Below, piece by piece: positions 53,311-63,768 of a stretch of DNA of 64,000 nucleotides (position 1 is its first letter; each line of letters starts with the position of its first letter). The position numbers and the translations under genes are program-made. The notes beneath the pieces are model-generated. The model searched no databases. It was not told where the DNA came from and was given only the letters and a program-made list of their open reading frames with translations. The DNA comes from Hyphomicrobiaceae bacterium (GTDB lineage Bacteria > Pseudomonadota > Alphaproteobacteria > Rhizobiales > Hyphomicrobiaceae): contig JANRJI010000129.1 in NCBI GenBank assembly GCA_033764055.1, forward strand, positions 4,574 through 68,573, given 5' to 3'.

Positions 53311-53339
53311 CTTGGCAAGACTTATGCACCTTCCTATGT
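53311..53339 (+). promoter_or_regulatory. sigma70-type promoter candidate for ftsH (CTTGGC-N17-CTATGT)
   Basis: Close to the alphaproteobacterial housekeeping consensus CTTGAC-N17-CTATAT. Lies 91 nt upstream of the ftsH ATG in a locally AT-richer stretch. Confidence 0.45.
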
Positions 53340-53429
53340 TAGTCGGACTGGTAGTGCGCCCCGTCGCGCGACCTGACGCACGGGCAGTCGTTTCGCGATG
53401 AGCGGCCGGCGCCCCAGGAAGGGACACCC

Positions 53430-55367
<1,938 letters not shown>

Positions 55368-55397
55368 CACGGACGACCGGTCTCACTGGAACCATGC

Positions 55398-55429
55398 GGG
55401 CGACACCGGAGGTGCCGCCCGTTCTCATT
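55398..55429 (+). terminator. terminator-like hairpin after ftsH
   Basis: GGGCGACACC-GGA-GGTGCCGCCC (9/10 bp) followed by GTTCTCATT. Lies between the convergent ftsH and argC. Confidence 0.5.
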
Positions 55430-55506
55430 GAGGCTTCGGACCGAGATCATTGCGCCGCGCCACGGAGCCGATCTGATCCTGCTCCGTAGCAGGCGCTCTC
55501 CCTGCC

Positions 55507-56493
55507 TCAGCGCTCCACGCCCAGCATCAGGCAAAGGTTCTGCACGGCGGCGCCGGCGGCGCCTTTGCCGAGATTGTCGAGGCGAGCGACCAGCACGGCT
55601 TGCCGGTGCTTCTCGCTCGCGAAGACGCGCAGCTCGAGCATGTCGGTATCGTTCAAAGCGAGGGCGTCGAGCCGGCCGCCCTTGGACGACGGGTCGTCGG
55701 CCTTGATCACCTTGACCAGCTTGCAGCCGGCGTAGTGCGCCGCGAGGCACGCTTCGAGGTCAAGGGCCGAAGGCTTGCCCGGCAGCGTGTCGAGGTGCAG
55801 TGGCACCGACACCAGCATGCCCTTGAAATAGTTGCCGACGGACGGTACGAAGATCGGCCGCCGCGTGAGGCCCGAGTACACCTGCAACTCGGGCACGTGC
55901 TTGTGCTCGAGGCCGAGACCGTAGAGCTCGAACAGCGGCGCCTTGCCCGTGTCATAGCTCTCGATCATCGACTTGCCGCCGCCGGAGTAGCCGGAGACGG
56001 CGTTCACGGTGATCGGGTAGTCGGCCGGCACCAGTCCGGCAGAGACCAGTGGCCGGACGAGCGCGATGCCGCCGGTCGGGTAGCATCCGGGGTTGGCGAC
56101 CCGCTTCGAGCCCTTGATGACGGCGGCCTGCGCCTTGTCCATCTCGGGGAAGCCGTAGGCCCAGCCGTCGGCGACGCGATGCGCGGTCGAGGCATCGACG
56201 ATCCGCGGGCTCTGCGTGCCGAGATGGTCGGCAAGTGCCGTCGCCTCCTTGGCAGCATCGTCGGGAAGGCAGAGCACGACGAGGTCGACGTCGGCCATCA
56301 GCGCCTGCCGGGCTTTCGGGTCCTTGCGCTTGGCGGGATCGATCGATCTCACGTCGACCATCGGCAATTTGGCCAGCCGCTCGCGGATCTCGAGACCGGT
56401 GGTGCCGGCCTCGCCATCGATGAAGACGGCAGGCTTGGTGCGATTGTGGCCGAGCGTGGAAGCGGCAGTTCCTGAGGCTGTCGTAGTCGTCAT
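55507..56493 (-). CDS. argC: N-acetyl-gamma-glutamyl-phosphate reductase (type 2 ArgC)
   Basis: ATG 56493 (MTTTTASGTAAS...KPAVFIDGEAGTTGLEIRERL...). Active-site context ANPGCYPTG. The upstream part of track ORF 55507..56607 crosses a terminator and is discounted. Confidence 0.9.
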   Translation of the reverse strand: MTTTTASGTAASTLGHNRTKPAVFIDGEAGTTGLEIRERLAKLPMVDVRSIDPAKRKDPKARQALMADVDLVVLCLPDDAAKEATALADHLGTQSPRIVDASTAHRVADGWAYGFPEMDKAQAAVIKGSKRVANPGCYPTGGIALVRPLVSAGLVPADYPITVNAVSGYSGGGKSMIESYDTGKAPLFELYGLGLEHKHVPELQVYSGLTRRPIFVPSVGNYFKGMLVSVPLHLDTLPGKPSALDLEACLAAHYAGCKLVKVIKADDPSSKGGRLDALALNDTDMLELRVFASEKHRQAVLVARLDNLGKGAAGAAVQNLCLMLGVER

Positions 56494-56549
56494 GGCTGGC
56501 TCCGGATCGGGTCGTGCAGGTAGGCTGAGAGGGGAGGCGAGGGGGCCGG

Positions 56550-56580
56550 AAAACAAAAAAGCCGCGCTCCTGGCGCGGCC
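56550..56580 (-). terminator. strong intrinsic terminator inside the argC 5' leader
   Basis: Minus strand GCCGCGC-CAGGA-GCGCGGC followed by TTTTTTGTTTT. Lies 57 nt upstream of the argC ATG, with no upstream minus-strand gene to terminate. Confidence 0.75.
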
Positions 56581-56610
56581 TCGGCGAGAACGGATGCGAT
56601 CAGGCAACCG

Positions 56611-56673
56611 TCATCGGATCCGCGCGCGGAGGCGGCTGCGACGTCGGCGGAGGCTGGTCGGCACGTGTGTCAT
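56611..56673 (-). other. candidate leader peptide ORF, 20 codons, Arg-rich (MTHVPTSLRRRRSRLRARIR)
   Basis: ATG 56673...TGA 56611. Eight Arg codons among the last 12. No SD, but the ATG lies 9 nt after a -10-like hexamer, so it may be leaderless. Arg-rich frames also arise by chance in GC-rich DNA. Confidence 0.25.
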
Positions 56674-56681
56674 GGCGGGAG

Positions 56682-56710
56682 CTTATGAGGCCCAAGGGTG
56701 CTCGTGTCAA
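56682..56710 (-). promoter_or_regulatory. sigma70-like promoter TTGACA-N17-CATAAG directed toward argC
   Basis: A perfect -35 hexamer (56710-56705) is rare in this GC-rich sequence. 17-nt spacer; -10 matches 4/6 (56687-56682). Confidence 0.4.
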
Positions 56711-56873
56711 CGGTTGCCTCCCTGGCGCATTGCCTCCTGGCGCAGGCACTGGCGGGACCGGCACGGCTCGGGCCGATGCAGCTTGCACTTGCAGGTGGAC
56801 CTGCACTCGATCCAGTATTCCGTCATCGAGCCCGCAAACGCATTGCAGGAAATGGGAATATCTGGGATTGCAC

Positions 56874-58052
56874 ATGAAAAACATCGCCATTCTATTCGAC
56901 GGAACCTGGAATACGTCGGATTCGCAGCACCCTTCGAATGTCGTCAAGACGGCCCAGCTGATCGCGCCGCGAAGCCCCGCCGACATCGAGCAGGTCATCT
57001 ATTATGACGCGGGTGTGGGCTCGGTCGACGTCGCGGTTGCCAGCAGCATCAACAACTGGCTCGGGGGCGCCTTCGGCTCGGGATTGATGGCCAATATCGA
57101 GGAGGCGTACCGCTTCCTCACCTTCAACTATGCGCCGGGCGACAACATATTCATTTTCGGCTTCTCGCGCGGTGCGTTCAGCGCCCGTTCTATGGGTGGG
57201 CTGATCCGGACGTGCGGAATTCTGCGCCGGGACAAGGTCGACCAGGTCAAGCGCGCGACGAGGCTCTACAAGAGCTGGTTGCCCGAGGACGATGCGGCCG
57301 TGAAGGTGGGCCAGACGAGGGCCGACCTCCCGCGTTTTGCGCAGTTTCGCGCCGAGAATGCTCTGCCCCTCGTGCCGCGGCGCGTCGGCCAGACCAGCCA
57401 GGGCGCGATGGCGGCTCCGGTGCTCTCCATCGCCTACATGGGGGTCTGGGATACGGTCGGCGCGCTCGGCGTTCCTGGAGGCTTCGGGCTCGCCAGCCTG
57501 TACAATCGCCGCTACCGGTTTCACGATCTCAACCTGTCGAGCATGGTCGCGAGCGCTCGCCACGCGCTCGCCATCGACGAGCGCCGCCGAACCTTCGAGG
57601 CCACCGTCTGGGACAATATCCCTGTGCTCAATGCGGACGCGATGAAGATCGATCCTATGTTGAGCAGCCCGCCCTATCTGCAGCAATGGTTTCCCGGCGA
57701 TCATGGCAGCGTCGGCGGCTCCGGCGACGTCAACGGCCATTGGCAGTCGTCGCTCGTCTGGGTGGTTGAAGGCGCCATGGAGCGGGGACTTGGCGTCGAT
57801 CACGCGTTGCTCGACGCCTACCGCAGGGATATCGACGTCACGGCGTCGCTCAACTGCATGACGTCCCCGACCTTCAACATTGCCAGCATCGCCGTGAGGC
57901 GATGGCGGAAAGGGCCCAAGGCGCGGGAGGTCGATGCCGTGTCAGAGCATGCGAAAGCCCGCATCCGCACGCCCCCCGACGAGCTCTACGAGAGGAAGCC
58001 CTATCGGCCGCCGCCCCTGAAAGAGGTGATTGCCGATCTTCTCAAGCTATAG
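56874..58052 (+). CDS. DUF2235 (Tle1-like alpha/beta hydrolase) domain protein
   Basis: ATG 56874 (MKNIAILFDGTWNTSDSQHPSNV...), the characteristic DGTWN start of DUF2235. Nucleophile elbow GFSRGA. The upstream part of track ORF 56667..58052 is discounted. Confidence 0.8.
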   Translation: MKNIAILFDGTWNTSDSQHPSNVVKTAQLIAPRSPADIEQVIYYDAGVGSVDVAVASSINNWLGGAFGSGLMANIEEAYRFLTFNYAPGDNIFIFGFSRGAFSARSMGGLIRTCGILRRDKVDQVKRATRLYKSWLPEDDAAVKVGQTRADLPRFAQFRAENALPLVPRRVGQTSQGAMAAPVLSIAYMGVWDTVGALGVPGGFGLASLYNRRYRFHDLNLSSMVASARHALAIDERRRTFEATVWDNIPVLNADAMKIDPMLSSPPYLQQWFPGDHGSVGGSGDVNGHWQSSLVWVVEGAMERGLGVDHALLDAYRRDIDVTASLNCMTSPTFNIASIAVRRWRKGPKAREVDAVSEHAKARIRTPPDELYERKPYRPPPLKEVIADLLKL

Positions 58053-58258
58053 TCCCGCCTGAAGGTGGTGTGGGCGGCTGTCGACGGTCGGCTCGTGGTG
58101 CAACGCGTCTTGCGCATTCGCCGAGCATGACGCCAACATGACGTGGCACTCGCGCTCCGGGCCGACATGTGGCAAGGGGACGGGGCCGCGGCCCGCGCGA
58201 AGCGAGGTCCAGCCACACGGCGGTCGTCTGTCGTGCCGCCAACTTTCCGGAGCCCCCG

Positions 58259-59170
58259 ATGGCCGACGAGATCCCGTTCCGCAAGGAGATGAACTTCGAG
58301 TACGGCGTGCCACGGGAGCTGATCCCGGGCCTCGTGCGCGTCGTTGCCAACAATCCGAGCCCATTCACGTTCAAGGGTACGAATACCTACATTCTGGGCC
58401 AGGGCCGCGACGTTGCCGTGCTCGATCCGGGACCGGAGGACGAGGCCCACTTCGAGGCCATCATGCGGGCTGTGAAGGGCAAGCGCGTCGCGGCGATCCT
58501 CGTCACGCACACCCATCGCGACCACGTCGATGGGCTCCCGCGCCTGAAGGCGGCCACCGGCGCGCCAACCTGGGGCTATGGCCGCAAGGCGCTCAATCCC
58601 GGAGTGGTCAAGAAGAGTCCCAATGGCGGCGAGTATACGGACGAGGACTTCGTGCCCGACCATCCGCTCGCCGACGGCGGCCGTTTCGAGGGCGAGGGCT
58701 ACGCGCTGACGGCGCTGCACACGCCGGGCCACGCGCCGGACCATCTCTGCTTCGCGATCGATGGCACGGGGGCGCTGCTCTCCGGTGATCACGTGATGGG
58801 ATGGAACACCAGCGTTGTGGCACCGCCCGAGGGCAACATGTTTGCCTACATGGCCTCGCTCGACAAGCTGATGGGGCGGGAGGACAAGGTCTTCTTCCCC
58901 GGTCACGGCGGCCGCATCGAGCAGCCGCAGCGCGTCGTGAAGGCCTTCATCGTGCACCGACGCATGCGTGAGCAGGCGATCCTCGATTGCATCCGCGGCG
59001 GCGCGACCACCATCACTGAGGTTGTTGCGAGCGTTTACCGCGGGCTTGATCCGCGCCTCGTGAAGGCTGCTTCACTTTCTGTGACGGCTCACGTTGAGAG
59101 CCTCGTAGAGCGCGGCCTTGTTGTTGTTTCTGGCCCGATCCTGCAGCCTGACCGGCTTTCCCCCGCTTAG
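58259..59170 (+). CDS. MBL-fold metallo-hydrolase
   Basis: ATG 58259 after GGAG. NTYILGQGRDVAVLDPGP, THTHRDHVDG, HTPGHAPDH. C-terminal helical (winged-helix-like) tail. Confidence 0.85.
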   Translation: MADEIPFRKEMNFEYGVPRELIPGLVRVVANNPSPFTFKGTNTYILGQGRDVAVLDPGPEDEAHFEAIMRAVKGKRVAAILVTHTHRDHVDGLPRLKAATGAPTWGYGRKALNPGVVKKSPNGGEYTDEDFVPDHPLADGGRFEGEGYALTALHTPGHAPDHLCFAIDGTGALLSGDHVMGWNTSVVAPPEGNMFAYMASLDKLMGREDKVFFPGHGGRIEQPQRVVKAFIVHRRMREQAILDCIRGGATTITEVVASVYRGLDPRLVKAASLSVTAHVESLVERGLVVVSGPILQPDRLSPA

Positions 59171-59993
59171 GCACGGCGGCCTCCGGCCGCCCGCGGCGTC
59201 GTCGCGGGCGGTCGCCACCGGTGACGCTGGCGTCGAGCCGAACCTCGAACTCCTTGAACAGCTTGCGGATGCGTTGCGCGTTGCGTCCGAAGTCGTGCTG
59301 GCCGAAGCGCGATACCGACCGCACATCGATACGTGTATCGCGCTGGCCGCCGTCAATTCGGATGATGATGTCGTCGTAGAAGCCGAGCACCAGCGTCCGG
59401 TCGACGGCCTCGATGTAGCCGGGCTGGCCCTTGCCGCCGGGCGGGACCTCGCTGGCCACGGTCCAACCGAGCCGCCGCACGGTCTCGCCGAGCACCTCCC
59501 AGACCTCGGCGGCCGGCCGGGGCACGATGAGTGGTCGAATGTCGGGGTAGGCCTCGAGCTGGAGCCTGGCCAGCTCGCCACCGCCGTATCTGATATCGTT
59601 GGCCCCGGCCGGTCTGCTGGCAGCGAGAGCCACAAAGCTCGGCGGCAGGGCGGTGTCGGTCGAGATGTCGTGAATCTCGGGCAGGCTGCGATAGGTGGGT
59701 ACGAGCGCCGCCGGCCAGGCCATCAGCCCGAGCCCCATCAGCAACCCGGCGGCTGCGCTCCATGCGCCGCGCCTGCCGTCCCGCCAGATGCGCACGAACG
59801 CGGCCAGGGCCAGAAGGATGGCGACGGCGGCCAGACCGAGGGCGGCGGCGAACAGGTGCAGCGCCAGGGGCGTGCCCAGCGACAGCAGCCGATGCAGAAG
59901 CACGGCCGTCAGCACCAGCTGGAGGCTGAACACCGCAATGTTGCGGGACCAGCGAGCGAGCGGGCTGTGCACTGTGGGGATGGTGGGGATCAT
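59013..59993 (-). CDS. DUF1499 domain membrane protein with basic low-complexity tail
   Basis: 326 aa. Three N-terminal TM helices, then a DUF1499-like core (IHDISTDTALPP..., GFYDDIIIRIDG...TRIDVRSVSRFGQHDFGRNAQRIRKL). The last ~52 codons overlap the MBL gene on the opposite strand. Confidence 0.75.
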   Translation of the reverse strand: MIPTIPTVHSPLARWSRNIAVFSLQLVLTAVLLHRLLSLGTPLALHLFAAALGLAAVAILLALAAFVRIWRDGRRGAWSAAAGLLMGLGLMAWPAALVPTYRSLPEIHDISTDTALPPSFVALAASRPAGANDIRYGGGELARLQLEAYPDIRPLIVPRPAAEVWEVLGETVRRLGWTVASEVPPGGKGQPGYIEAVDRTLVLGFYDDIIIRIDGGQRDTRIDVRSVSRFGQHDFGRNAQRIRKLFKEFEVRLDASVTGGDRPRRRRGRPEAAVPKRGKAGQAAGSGQKQQQGRALRGSQREPSQKVKQPSRGADQARGKRSQQPQ

Positions 59994-60106
59994 GCCCAGC
60001 TTTCGCCTCGAACGCGCACTCGAGGACGTGGCGTCGAACGTTTGTCTCGCCCCCGGAACGGGATTACCTATAAGCCATCGAGAAAACGAAGAACAGGTCG
60101 CGCCCC

Positions 60107-61492
60107 ATGGCTACGCTCACCAACTTCGCCGCACGCGACGTCGAAGCGCTGCTCCACCCGACGACGAACCTCGCCAGCCACCGGACAGCGGGGCCGCTCG
60201 TGCTGGAGCGGGCGAGTGGCGTCCACGTCTGGGATGCCAATGGCAAGCGCTATATCGAAGGCTTCGCCGGCCTGTGGTGCACGGGTCTCGGCTACGGCAA
60301 TGCCGAGCTGATCGAGGCGGCGCGGGAGCAGATGGAGAAGCTCTCGTTCACGCATCTTTTCGGCGGCCGCAGCCACGAGCCGGCCATCCAGCTCGCCGAG
60401 AAGCTCAAGGAAATCGTCCCAGCGCCCGCCTCCAAGATCTTCTTCACATCGTCTGGCAGCGAGGCCAACGACACGCAGATCAAGCTCGCGTGGTATTACA
60501 ACAACGCCCGAGGCAAGCCGAAGAAGAAGAAGATCATCAGCCGGCAAAAGGCCTATCACGGGACGACCATCGCCACCGCCAGCCTGACGGGGCTGCCGGT
60601 GTTCCACGCCGATTTCGACCTGCCGATGTCGCGCGTGCTGCACACGGCGACGCCGCACCACTGGCGTCATGGCTCTCCGGGCGAGACTGAGGAGGAATTC
60701 GCCGATCGGCTCGCGCGCGACCTCGAGCAACTCATCATCGACGAAGGTCCGGAGACGATCGCGGCCTTCATCGCCGAGCCGGTGATGGGGGCGGGCGGCG
60801 TGATCGTGCCGCCGAAGGGCTATTTTCCAAAGCTGCAGGCCGTGCTGCGGCGCTACGACATCCTGATGATCGCCGACGAGGTGATCTGCGGTTTCGGGCG
60901 GACCGGCAAGCTGTGGGGATCTGATACGCTCGACATCAAGCCCGACACCATCACGATGGCCAAGGCGATCACGTCGGCCTATATGCCGCTCGGCGCAGTG
61001 ACCGTGTCCGAGCCGGTCTACGAGGCCCTGGTGGACGAGAGTCGCAAGCTCGGCGTCTTCGCACACGGATTCACCTATTCCGGCCATCCCGTCGCCTGTG
61101 CCGTCGCCGTGAAGACGCTCGAGATCTACGAGCGCATGAACATCGTCGGCCATGTGCAGCGAATGGCGCCCGTGTTCCAGAGGCGCATGGAGACGCTCCG
61201 CGAGCATCCTCTGGTTGGCGAGACGCGCGGCGTCGGCCTGATCGGCGGCATCGAGATTGTCCGGGACAAAGAGGCGCGCACGTCTTTCGACATCCGCCAG
61301 GGCGTCGGCGCGAGGGCTGTCGCCTTTGCGCAGGAGGAGGGGCTCATCTGCCGGGCCGTCGCAGGCGACACGATTGCGATTTGCCCGCCACTCGTCATAG
61401 AGGAGGGGGATGTGAACGAAATGTTCGACATCATCGGTCGCTCGCTCGACCGGACCCACGCCTGGGTCCGCCAGGAGGGTCTTGGCGGCTGA
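60107..61492 (+). CDS. class III (omega) aminotransferase, SpuC/beta-alanine-pyruvate transaminase-like
   Basis: 461 aa. ...VWDANGKRYIEGFAGLWCTGLGYGN..., IADEVICGFGRTG, TMAKAITSAYMPLG (PLP lysine context). Confidence 0.9.
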   Translation: MATLTNFAARDVEALLHPTTNLASHRTAGPLVLERASGVHVWDANGKRYIEGFAGLWCTGLGYGNAELIEAAREQMEKLSFTHLFGGRSHEPAIQLAEKLKEIVPAPASKIFFTSSGSEANDTQIKLAWYYNNARGKPKKKKIISRQKAYHGTTIATASLTGLPVFHADFDLPMSRVLHTATPHHWRHGSPGETEEEFADRLARDLEQLIIDEGPETIAAFIAEPVMGAGGVIVPPKGYFPKLQAVLRRYDILMIADEVICGFGRTGKLWGSDTLDIKPDTITMAKAITSAYMPLGAVTVSEPVYEALVDESRKLGVFAHGFTYSGHPVACAVAVKTLEIYERMNIVGHVQRMAPVFQRRMETLREHPLVGETRGVGLIGGIEIVRDKEARTSFDIRQGVGARAVAFAQEEGLICRAVAGDTIAICPPLVIEEGDVNEMFDIIGRSLDRTHAWVRQEGLGG

Positions 61493-61515
61493 TTCGACGG
61501 AGCCCTCCATCCCGG

Positions 61516-62445
61516 TCAGCGGGATCGCCTGCGGCTCTCTACAACGATGTGGCCGACGACGGCGGCCAGCACCATGGCACCTCCCGCGAGCGCCATTGCG
61601 GCTGGCCGCTCGCCGACAACGAGCCAGACCCACGTCGGCGACAACGGCACGTCGAGTGCCATCAGCAACGCGGCGTGTGCAGACGGCAGGCGGGCGATGC
61701 CGATGGTCGTCAGGATGAGCCCGGCTCCCTGCTGAGTGAAGCCGAACAGGGCGAACAGTGCCACGTCACCCGCCGACAGCGCCCACTCGGTGACGAACGG
61801 GGCTGCCCCCGCCGACCCCATGAGGGCGCCGAGCGCTCCCGAGGGCACCATCGAGACGGCAGCATGTTTCCGGACCAGAACGGTCTTGGCGGCGAAAGCC
61901 AAGGTCATCAGCACGGCCAGGGCGTCGCCGACGAGGCCTGTCACCGAGAGCTGGAGGGAGCTCGCAACCACCACGCCGGCGCCGCCCAATGCAATGGCCG
62001 AGAAGGCCAGCGTCGACGTTGCTGGGGGCTCGCGGATCATGATCCAGGCAAGGGCCGCGGTCACGAACGGGCTGGTGCCGAAGATGATGGAGTTGTTGGC
62101 GACCGTGGTGAACTGCAGCGAGGTGATGAAGCAGCCCATGGAGAGCGCGCTCAGCGCCGCGATGGCGATGCCGGCCCCGCCCATGGCGCGCAAGGCATCG
62201 ATGGTGCGCGGGCCCTCGCGCCAAGCCACGTAGAGCACGATGACCAGGGCGGTGAAGAGGCCGCGCCAGAACAGCGTCGTTGCAGCGTCCTTACCCAGCA
62301 CGCGCACGAAAAGGCCCGCGCTCGAGAAGGCGATCGTGCCGAGCAGCACGAGCAGCACGCCAGAAAGATAGCTTGCCGGCTGATGTGGTCTCTCTGCCAA
62401 CGCCGTCTTGTCCACGTCCTTGCCGCTCCGCCCGCCGCCAGCCAA
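61516..62445 (-). CDS. DMT superfamily (EamA-like) transporter (start uncertain)
   Basis: The track ORF opens with TTG at 62445. 10-TM pattern; the true start is possibly an internal GTG/TTG within the first ~25 codons. Confidence 0.75.
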   Translation of the reverse strand: MAGGGRSGKDVDKTALAERPHQPASYLSGVLLVLLGTIAFSSAGLFVRVLGKDAATTLFWRGLFTALVIVLYVAWREGPRTIDALRAMGGAGIAIAALSALSMGCFITSLQFTTVANNSIIFGTSPFVTAALAWIMIREPPATSTLAFSAIALGGAGVVVASSLQLSVTGLVGDALAVLMTLAFAAKTVLVRKHAAVSMVPSGALGALMGSAGAAPFVTEWALSAGDVALFALFGFTQQGAGLILTTIGIARLPSAHAALLMALDVPLSPTWVWLVVGERPAAMALAGGAMVLAAVVGHIVVESRRRSR

Positions 62446-62572
62446 GGCCGGGCAACCTGCCAGAAGCAGTGGCGTGGCGCCATCGCTGCTTTTCCCAGGG
62501 ACGACGTGGCGGAAGCGGACCCTGCGGCTTAGGCTCGCCAGCCTGTGCAGACTGCCGCCATGGAGGCCAGCC

Positions 62573-63355
62573 GTGAATCAACTGTCCGAACCCTGTCGCC
62601 CTGTCGTGTTGATCACCGGCGCGGCCTCGGGCATCGGGGCTCAGACTGCCCGACTGATCGCTGGGCGTTGCCGGGCGCTTGTCCTGCACACGCGTGGCGC
62701 CGGAGAGGCGAGCGTCCGGCGGCTCGGAGAGGTGGCCGAAGCCGTCCGAGGACTGGGTGCCGCCGTCGCCACCGTGACCGGCGATCTCGCGGAGGTTGGC
62801 CTCGCCCGCCGTCTAGTGGAGACGGCGGTCTCCCAATTCGGCCGTCTCGACCAGGTCGTGGCAAACGCCGGCTATGCGGACCGGCGCGGCACCGGTGAGA
62901 TCACGCGGGACGACCTCGACAAGGCTCTCGCGACCATGGCCGGAGCTTTCCTCGAGCTGGTCAAGGCGGCGGCCCCGCTGGTCTCACGCTCGCCGCAGGG
63001 ACGCATCGTCTATCTGTCGTCTTTCGTGGCGCACCGCTTCGTGCCGGGCGCCATTTTCCCCGCGACGGCGGCGGCGAAGTCGGCCGGCGAGGCCCTGACC
63101 CGCGCGCTCGCGGCCGAGTTGGCACCGGCGGGGGTCACCGTCAACGCCGTCGCTCCCGGCTATACCCGCAAGGATGGGGGCCACACGGCACTCGATCCCG
63201 ATGGATGGAAAGCGGCGGCGGCTGTGACGCCGCTGGGGCGGATCGCCGACCCTGCAGACGTCGCCGAGCTGATCGGCTTCCTGCTGTCGCCCGCTGCCCG
63301 GCACATCACGGGACAAGTGATCGCCGTCGACGGCGGGCTGTCGCTGGGTCGCTAA
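62573..63355 (+). CDS. SDR family oxidoreductase
   Basis: GTG 62573 after GGAGG (VNQLSEPCRPVVLITGAASGIGAQTA...). The upstream part of track ORF 62408..63355 is discounted. Confidence 0.8.
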   Translation: MNQLSEPCRPVVLITGAASGIGAQTARLIAGRCRALVLHTRGAGEASVRRLGEVAEAVRGLGAAVATVTGDLAEVGLARRLVETAVSQFGRLDQVVANAGYADRRGTGEITRDDLDKALATMAGAFLELVKAAAPLVSRSPQGRIVYLSSFVAHRFVPGAIFPATAAAKSAGEALTRALAAELAPAGVTVNAVAPGYTRKDGGHTALDPDGWKAAAAVTPLGRIADPADVAELIGFLLSPAARHITGQVIAVDGGLSLGR

Positions 63356-63454
63356 TGGATTTTTGCAGGGGGTCACGACGCGACGTCAGAGCAGATGCGC
63401 GCCACAGTCGCGCCGTGCAAGTGTGACGAGGACTCCCGTAGCCGAGGCAGACCG

Positions 63455-63757
63455 ATGACCGCGTCCCGTGCGAAGGCCCAGCCGACCGTGCTCGTCGACA
63501 ACGAGCGCACCATCACCACCGAATGGCGCTTCGCGCCCGGTGCCGAGACCGGATGGCACCGCCACGGACACGATTACGTCGTGGTGCCGATGACGACGGG
63601 AAAGCTGCTGCTGGAGGAGCCGGGCGGCGGCTCGCGGACAGCCGAGCTGACGACGGGCAAGCCCTACTTCCGCGGCGAAGGCGTCGAGCACAACGTCGTC
63701 AATGCCAACGACTACGAGTTCGTCTTCATCGAGGTCGAGATCAAGCAGCAGGGCTGA
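63455..63757 (+). CDS. cupin domain protein
   Basis: ATG 63455 after GAGG; 100 aa. GWHRHGHDYVVVPM ... GVEHNVVN fits a cupin metal motif. Confidence 0.75.
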   Translation: MTASRAKAQPTVLVDNERTITTEWRFAPGAETGWHRHGHDYVVVPMTTGKLLLEEPGGGSRTAELTTGKPYFRGEGVEHNVVNANDYEFVFIEVEIKQQG

Positions 63758-63768
63758 GGCCTAGTCGC

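Noticed and set aside
56600-56998. 132-aa minus-strand ORF upstream of argC.
   Set aside because: Pro/Arg-rich junk translation, overlaps the start of the DUF2235 gene, and runs through the promoter-like site. Not gene-like.
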